From the NCBI GenBank assembly GCA_904397185.1, contig CAJFOL010000073.1:1-35516 (forward strand): 35,516 bases of DNA, read 5' to 3'. Shown here piece after piece: positions 20,401 through 29,400 of the stretch (position 1 is the first letter of the stretch; every line of letters starts with the position of its first letter). The notes beneath the pieces are model-generated. The model was not told the origin of the DNA and ran no database searches. It saw only the letters and a list, made by a program, of their open reading frames with translations. The translations under genes and the position numbers were made by a program. The DNA comes from an uncultured Clostridia bacterium. GTDB lineage: Bacteria; Bacillota; Clostridia; Christensenellales; UBA1242.

Positions 20401-23400
20401 AGTAACCACCGACATACATATTAGTAAAGTTTGTGTTTCTAAATGAATCGTTTTGTCTTGCAGAGCCGTCAATATTTATGAGGTTGCTATGTATAGACAT
20501 ATTTAAACCATTGACCTGCATAGTCGAACTTGTGCTTGACTGATACATTCTTCCTGCAAGCATACCTACTGATAACGAGTCAACTGATATTGGGCTGTTA
20601 TCACCTGCACTACTGCTTGTAGTAAAGTATACATTGAGTAATGAATCCGAATCTGTGAAGTCTGAAGAAGGATAGGTCACTGTATCTATAGAAACATTGA
20701 TGATTGTTGAATTGATAATCTCAGGAGCCAAAATACCTACATTTATGTTGCTTCCAGTATTAAGTGCTACTGTAGTATTGATTGGAGCATCTATATAGAT
20801 TCTGAGATTTGTAATGGTCGCTTCATTGAGTGAACCCGTTGAGAAGAGTCCTGCATTACCATTGTTTGCTGTAATCTTTATTTCAGAACCGCTTTTTGGA
20901 ACATACTCAATAACCACGTCATCTAGATAGAAGCCAGCACCAACAGATTCAATGAAACTTTGGTCAGAGATAATTCTTATCGGTCTTTCTTCGCCAGTTG
21001 TTGCATCTACTGTTGTATAGGTGTTGGTATGCCCTACTAAAGAGCCTGAGAAGTTTGATATTGGTGTATAATTGTTATTGAAATAGGTCGCTAAATCAAT
21101 ATCCACATAATTTCCTGTTGTATCCTCTGCATCTGCACTTACAAGTCCACGAACGATGATTGTAATATCACTGTTTGGTGATTGCATGATATCAAAAGCA
21201 CGTTCGATACTTTCATCATAAGCATCAAGGTATATGACATTGCTTACTCTTTGATATTGAATTGATGGGAACAAGTCATCGGTTGGATGAGTCCAGTTTT
21301 CTGTGTTCCAAACACCTGAACTTAAGAATCCTTGTTGAGTGAAGGTATGTCCGATTGCCGAAGAGGTATAGTTGATTGGTGAATTGATTGCATAAACGTA
21401 GTTTGTTTCGTAGAGGGTATTGTCTTCTATACTGCTATCAACGTCACCGAACAAGTTGAGTGACATTATATTGCCATTGAATGTGTAACTTTCGTAAAAT
21501 GCTACCGTTGGGGATAGTATTGAGCCTTGTCCTGCATCTCCTTCATTTGAAAGCCTTATAAGGTTAAGGTATGGTGTATAGTTGCTGTCATTTAGATTTG
21601 TATATACCCACTTTCCGCTTTCTCCAAGGTCAAAGGATGAACCTAAAATCAAGTTTGTCTTGAAAGTCTCTGAAACATTGATTGAAGAGTTAAAGGTCAA
21701 GTAACTATTTGCATTATAATCATAATTTGAAATATAATTCAAAGCATTTACTGCCATAAGGGCAATTCGTCCACTCCCGTAGTTGGCACCAATAATACCA
21801 CCCGCTGTCATAACTCCGCTTTCGCCGTCTTGTCTTGCTCTGACATCGCCTGTTGCGAAGACTTCGTTGATAAAGTATTTAGTATAAATTTCTTGGTCAT
21901 CCCCTAGAAGTTCTGCCTCTGCTTGGTAGGTGTTGGCACTTGATAGGTTAATACCACCTATGATACCACCTGCGAAATTAGATGCCATGCTTACAACGTT
22001 GAGTTTTGAGTAGGATATTTCCATACGTCCGCTCTCTACATAACCTACAAGTCCACCAATATATTCTTGATTATATGAACTGTTATCAAGATAGAAAAGG
22101 TTTGTTGCACCTCTTTCAGTACTATTGTCTCCAGTGTAGAAACTAGACATATTGTTTTCAATCTCACTTTGAGTTGAATCATCATAGACTGCGAAAATTC
22201 TACTCAAACTGCCGAATGACTGTCCTATAGCACCACCAGCAAAGAACTTGGTCGCTATAATATGTGATTGTGTGTTGTCGCTGTCTGCCTCAATTGTTAT
22301 TCCAGCATCACGTACATTTGTTTGGTAGGCTGTTAAACCAAATATACCGCCTGCCACTTGTCCTTGTACGTAAACTCTACCGCTCACTCTTATGTTGTTT
22401 ATGGTAAAGTTTTCGGCTTGATTTATGTTGAAGCCATCAAGTAATGTCGTGAAGTGGTCAGCATAGCCTACAACACTACCTGCATACGAATATACACTTA
22501 AAGTGTTTACTAATGGAGATGAAACCACTGTAGAATTGTTAAGATTATTTCTTATTTCATTTCGTATAGTCCTGATACTTTCAGTTGTGAAGTAATCATT
22601 TGAATCATATCTATCGGCTATAACATTAGGATTTGTCACTGTTATATTTTTGATTACACTGTTGCCAAAAGATAGACCTACAAGTCCACCTACAAAGTTT
22701 AGACCATTTACCTGACTATCATCACTGAATGAAATGTCAATACCTACAAGGATTGAGTCCTTTGCATAACCTGCAAGTCCTCCCACCATGGTTATATCAC
22801 CAGCAATAACTTGGTCTATCTCTAAGTTAAGGTTGCTCACAAGTGGAGTTGAACCGTTCCTGCTCTCGAGTGATGCAAAGAGTCCGTAAGCGACACCCTC
22901 TCCCTCTGATGCTATTGAAAGATTTGAAATTGTAAAGCCATTTGCATACAATCTTCCTGAGAATGATTTGCTGACTGATGGAAGAGTTATTGAAGTGCTT
23001 AAATCAGAAAGGTTGACATCACCGACAAGTCTGTATGTACCCCAAATTGAATAACTATTGAAGTATTGTCCTTCATAAGAAGAAGTTGACAAGCCCATTG
23101 CATCTACAAAATCTTGGGCATTTGCAATTAAGATTGGGTTGTTTGAAGAGCCTAGCGAAGTGTTAATCTCTCTTGTTGAATCTGTGAACTGCAAGATTGC
23201 ATACGGAAGAACGTACTCGCCTTGGTCGTCTACACCTACCACCCCGCCTACTTCACTGCCTTCTGCGATGTATGATACATATCTATGAGAGTATGTCTTA
23301 ATATTTGGCTCTATGAGTTTTATACCCTCGCCTACAACATTGCTCCAAATGCCATCATATTCAGAATCAGCAATAGCAAAGCCATAGAAATATGTTGAAT

Positions 23401-26400
23401 TTTCTGGGTCTGGTATCAGAATAGCACCTGTGCTATAGAGTGCCTCATTTGAACTATCTGATGCCTCTTCATTTCCATAGTACTGATAGTTGAAATAGTA
23501 ACAATTTGTATATGTACCATTTGCAAGCAAGTCACCACTTTCATTTACACCTGAGAAGTTCATCTGTGTGGAACGAGAATTTGCAATTTGAGATGCTGAG
23601 TAACTTGTCTCAATTGTTCCCTCATTTCTATATACGAAACCTGATGCAAGGTAAACATTAAGTGAATTTGAAGAGTTTGATATCAATATATTTGAATAAC
23701 TATCCTTGATAAGACCATTGTTGCTGTTTATAAAGCCTGCAATTATTCCGTATGCTGACTTGAGTGATGTGCCAGTATAGGCAAATTTAGCCCAGTCGTT
23801 AGTGTTAGTCTCGTCTTGTTTGCCTTCGGCATAACTTGTAAGAATAGTTCCTGAGTTTGTCCCAGCAAATCCAGAAGTATCATATGCTGTCGCTCTTGAT
23901 TGATTTTCCATATCAAGAAGTTTAACAAATGATGCTGAGATTGAGCCTGAGTTTGTAAGAACAAAACCTGCCATGTCACCTTGACCTATCATATAGAATG
24001 TATCAAGGTCTATAGTCGAGGCAAATGTATAGCCCATTGCTATAACATCGCCATTCTCGGCAACTTCCGTCCTATCTTCGCCAAGAATGGTCACCTCGTC
24101 ACCGCCTACTCGTGAGTTGGTTATATTACCAGAGTTACTTATAACAAATCCAGCCATTTGAGTTGACCAAGATGAGCCAGCGGTAAGATAAACACTCTCC
24201 GTGGTCAATGCACCACGAATAAATTTGACATTAAATCCTGATGGATTGTTATGTTCGTTTGTCGCTGGTTCTAATAGGCTTTCGCTTTGCCCTACAGCAT
24301 TACCTGTTGTATAGAAGGATACAACTTCGCTGTTTGTGATTATACCTGCATTTGATATTGCAAGTCCGGCAATATTTATTTGAACATTATTATTTAAAGC
24401 ACTGAGGTTTATAGTAAGTTGTCCACCATTGTAAATATTTACCCTAACGTTCTTTAATGTTGTGCTTTCAAGTACGTTATTAAATAGTGCGATATTCAAT
24501 TCGCTTGACGTTGAGGTTAAATTGAAACTTCTAATATGAATAGTATAACCATTTCCGTCAAGACTGCTGATAAGGTTTGTATTGAATGGAGTATGCTCGT
24601 CAAGTACTATATCATTCATCAAAATATAGTCATTCTGTGTTACCGTGCCTGTGTAATTTGATGGATCAAGATTTTCAAAGTCGCTTGCACTGTTTATAGA
24701 TATTGGAAGGTCCTCATCAGAATAAACACCAACTGTAACCGTGAAGTCTGTGTTGTAGGTCATAGGAGTTCCTGTAGCACTGCCGCTTGTATAGACAAAG
24801 GTTTTCAGTCTAAATTGTACTGTTTCGCCCTGTCTTGCTCCTATTATTGAAGCCTCCTCTGTGCCATTCGTATTTTCTATAAACTCAAATCTTGCACCTG
24901 CAGTGTATCTATAATTGTCTAAAACTGGGATTTCTTCGTTTCCATTTACAATATAGAAAAGTCTTTCACTTAATTTATAAGGTCTGTTATTCTCTATATC
25001 ATAGTTGATTGCATATTGAATTAAAGTTGAACTCTCTCCACTTGCATCAGTGAAAGTCTTGCTTGAAACATGATATTGATTTACCAAGAATTCTTGACGT
25101 TTTTGGAGTAATTCGCTCACCTTTGCTACACTTTCTTCGTCATTATGGTCATAAGTATAACTTTCTGGAAGAACATTGTATTCAACTTCAAATGCACTGG
25201 TAACACCTGCCCATGCATCAAGGTTGCCATTGTCGGCACCTACGATTTGTATATTGTTTGTGTCTACCTTTATATCAACCAGTGTGATAGTTGCAAAATA
25301 ATCTCGTGATTCTTTTACACCATTGATAGTCCTTGACACTTTGACAAGAAGTGACAGACTGTTGTTGCTTGAATTTACCGAGGCATTGACACCTGCTGTG
25401 ATAGATGCTGTATATGTCTTAATTCCAGTGATAGGGTCGGTAGTAGGAGTTGACAGTGAAGAGATATAAACCTCTTGAATATTGTCACCGACAAGAGTTG
25501 CACTTTCCACAACTTGGTCTTGTCTTACCTGCACTTCTACATCGACAGTCGAACCTAGTGCGACATATGATTGTGTTTCACCATCCACAAGTACCACTGG
25601 TTCTGACAAATAATTTATGGTTAAATAATAGTTTACTGTGCTTAAAAGTGTGCCTTCGCTTGTAAAGAAGGATGCGGTAAATCTTATGGTGCTATCAGAG
25701 TTTACTTGTGAACTTATTGCTGTCCTAAAGTATAGTGTACCATCATTGTTTTGGTCGCTATTTGGAGTAAATCTTATGGTGTTTGCATACACACTTACAT
25801 CAGCACCGTCATAACCTACAAAATTGTTGTTATTATTGTATGGCATAACAAGTTCAAAACTTACAGCATTTGCAACTGAGGCATTGCTATATGAGAGTTC
25901 CATGTAATCATAGTGCGCAAATGATGGGTTTGCTGTGACTTGCAAGATTGTATTGCTTCCAGGAGTGACTACACTTGTTTGGTCGCCCTTTTGGTGTACC
26001 GTACGGTAAATACCATTGTCGTTTGTCCAGTAAGAGTTTTCAACTTTGTAACTCGTAACATCAATATTTGTAAACTTTTGACGGGTAAGATTGAGCAATA
26101 CCTGTCCATTGTTGTTTCCGCTTGACAAGTCAGAACTATCAATGTTTGAATTGCTCCTAAATGTTACCACAAAATCCATATCTCTAGCAATATTGCTTCT
26201 ATAGTCAACATATACCGAGAATGATATTTCAAAAAGGTAACCATAGGTTTCTGTTTCTTCATCGAATGCATCATCTTCGTTTAAAAGTGTCACTGTCGCT
26301 GATAGGATATAGTTATTCTCGTCTGCCATATAGTCTTGTGGCAATGTATAGTGATAAACCGTTTTATTGTTCGCCGAAAGTACTTCGTCCTTTGTGATAT

Positions 26401-29400
26401 GAAGTTCATCACCATTATAAGAAATAATAGGCTGAAGATTGTCTTTATCACTCTGTGCCGTGGTGTCGACCTCTACACGAAGTGCAGCATTTGTTGATGG
26501 AGTCAAAGGTATGCTTTCGCCTGTGTAATTGAAGGATATGACACCATCAACTGGAGTTATAGTAAACGACCTACTAAACACACTATTGATTGCCGATTGA
26601 TACTCGCCGTCTGTGATAATCGCATCGACTTCAATCGAAGTTGTCACAGAGTCTTTATTGGTGCCTACCATAAATATGTTGTTGATTGGAGTGATATCTA
26701 GGCTGTTACCCACACTTGGTGTCATAGTCAATGTCATATCGTTTGCAACAAGTGAGTACTGCGAAGCAGTATTGCCTAAAAGAATTGTTGAATTTTCAAA
26801 TGTTACAGTATATTGACGTGACTTTGTCCTTTGAAGATAGGTCACTGAATTTTCTTGTATCTCATACGAATTGTTGGCATTGTCGGTGTATGAAACTATC
26901 ATTTGAGAAAGAGCATACATTACTTTGACGTCTATTGTCTTTGTATTCAAAACATCATGTTTAGAAGAAATTGTCAAGGTCACATCACCAGTGCCTACAA
27001 CTACGATGGAAGAACCTATTGTCCTCACTATTGAGGTGTCTGATGAGGTGATTATTATATTATCAGTGACATTTTCTAAGTCAAGCAACTGAGAAAGCGA
27101 GATGGTGTTGAGTTCGTTAAGGTCATTTTGTGCCGAACTTGTCAGGTCAGCCGTTCCACGTTCGACACTGTAGTAAAATAGTATTCCGCTATTTTCATTT
27201 ACCGAAAGTGACTTATAATAGCCGTCCTCATCATAGTTTTGAATCGCCCCTCCAGACACGTCAGTAACCTTCTCTTCTTGATACAAATCTCTAAAGTGAG
27301 GATTTTCATTGTTTACATATGTATAATATCCACTTCCTGATGAGATGAGATTGCCACTGTTTTCATTGTAGTATGATGAAGTGTATTCATCAAGCAGATA
27401 GTAAGACCAGTAAAAGTCAGAGTTTGAGGTGATATTTGCATATGTTGAGCCCATATCATTTCCTGCATAATATGCAACATTATCAATAACACCAAATGAG
27501 TAGTATATTCGTGTTTGCCCTGACAGTTGACCTACAATAGTACCTTTGATAGTCGCATTAATAACTGATATATTATCTTCTATATAATTATCAATATTAT
27601 AATTATAAGCATAAGAATATAATATCGAAGAGCCTTCTGTTGCCTGTCCTACGATACCACCTACAACGGCTCCAGTGAAGGTGTTATAGGCAGTTTGGGT
27701 GTCATCAGCCCTATCTGTAAGATTGTAAAATTCAACTCTTCCGTAACTGATTTCGCCGTTGTTTTGCCCTGCAATACCACCTACTGTTGCATTCTGTGCA
27801 TTGATAGTAAGACCAAGGACTGAAGAACCACTAATTGTGCCATTGTTTACACCAACAAGTCCGCCCGTCATCTCTCTTCCGTCATAATTTAATACACTTG
27901 GATAGGTTTGATAAACATCAACGGTCACATTTTCTATTGTACCGTCATTAGTATTTGCGACAAAGCCTTGTCCTGTCACTGTGCCTTGGAATGTTATATT
28001 CCTTATAATTGCATCCTCGGTCAAGGTGTTTGCAAAGTTTGCACCATTGAAGTTTATAGTAACATTTTCATCATAACCTTGAAGTCCACCACTAAATGAG
28101 TCAATAGAGACTCTAGTTGAAGAGATATCAAGGCTGTTCATTACTGTATAATATAGGCTTGGAATAATGCCATTAAACGAATTTTCATCATATATTCTAT
28201 ATGCATAATCAAAACTGCTACCATCGGCAACGGTTATCTTTATTTTCAAGAGAATATCACTAAAGTAAACCATTTCCATTTCGCCATCAAGCGAAGTGTT
28301 TGAGGTAAAGAAGGCATTGCCGACAAGGAAGTCATACCAAGTTTGTCCGTCAGACCTTAAAAGTCCTAATGCTCTAGCACTGACTTGACTTTGCACTATT
28401 TGGTCATCTACAAAGTAACTAAATATGATATTACCATTATATATTGCATCCTCTGGAAGAAGATAGATATAACCTGTTGTACCTTGTGAGATTATATCGC
28501 TTAGTGATACCCCGATTGTTCCTGTCGTAACACTGTTTACGTTGACAAAGGTATCGTTGTCAATAACATCGCCATTGTCGTCAGTTATTAAATAGGTTAT
28601 ATTGCTATTTCTTGCAGATTGTGGTGCTGTGGTAAGGATTAAATAGTATGGCTCGTCATCTCCTACTTCAAAATATATTCCATCTTCATCACTATTTTCC
28701 CAGTTAATCGAAGAAACTCTTTCTGCATTTCTAATTGTAATGTTGATAGTCGTCCACATTACGTCCAAAACTTCCTGTCCATCTTCCCCGTCAATAAGGA
28801 GTTGATAGTGAACCTCGAGTTCGTCAAAGAAGGTAAAGTCTTCATAGTTTGATATGGTTGATATTGTAAAGCGAAGTTGAGAATCTGTGATTGTTATATT
28901 TTCTATTGTATACCTACCATAATCCCACACAACCGAGTTGCTGTTTGTATGACTTTCACCCATAATTGAATTGCCAGACGAGTCTTTTACGGTAGACACA
29001 AATCTAATATTGTCAATAGATTTATATGTAATACCCGTGTTGGTAAAGTTTATAGTGATAGTCTTCTTTGTAAGGTCATCATCTCTAGTCGCAACGGTGT
29101 TTGCTGAGTAAAGATTTACCTGTCCGTCACTTGAAGGTGTGATTCTCATGCCATCTGGAGCAACATAACTTTCAATAAGTATAATTTTTATAATAGTTAC
29201 ATCGCCGTCCACACCTTTCCCTGTAAAAGTTGCAACAGCATAAGTAAAGCCTACTCCGCTCGTAATGATAGAACTATTATCCGCCGAGAAATATGCCACT
29301 GCACTGTATTTCTGCTGATTTGCTCTCGCATTTTCGATAATTTGTAAGATACCATCTTGAGTGTTTACCAAATTTTTAAACACGTCAAGTGTCATGGTTT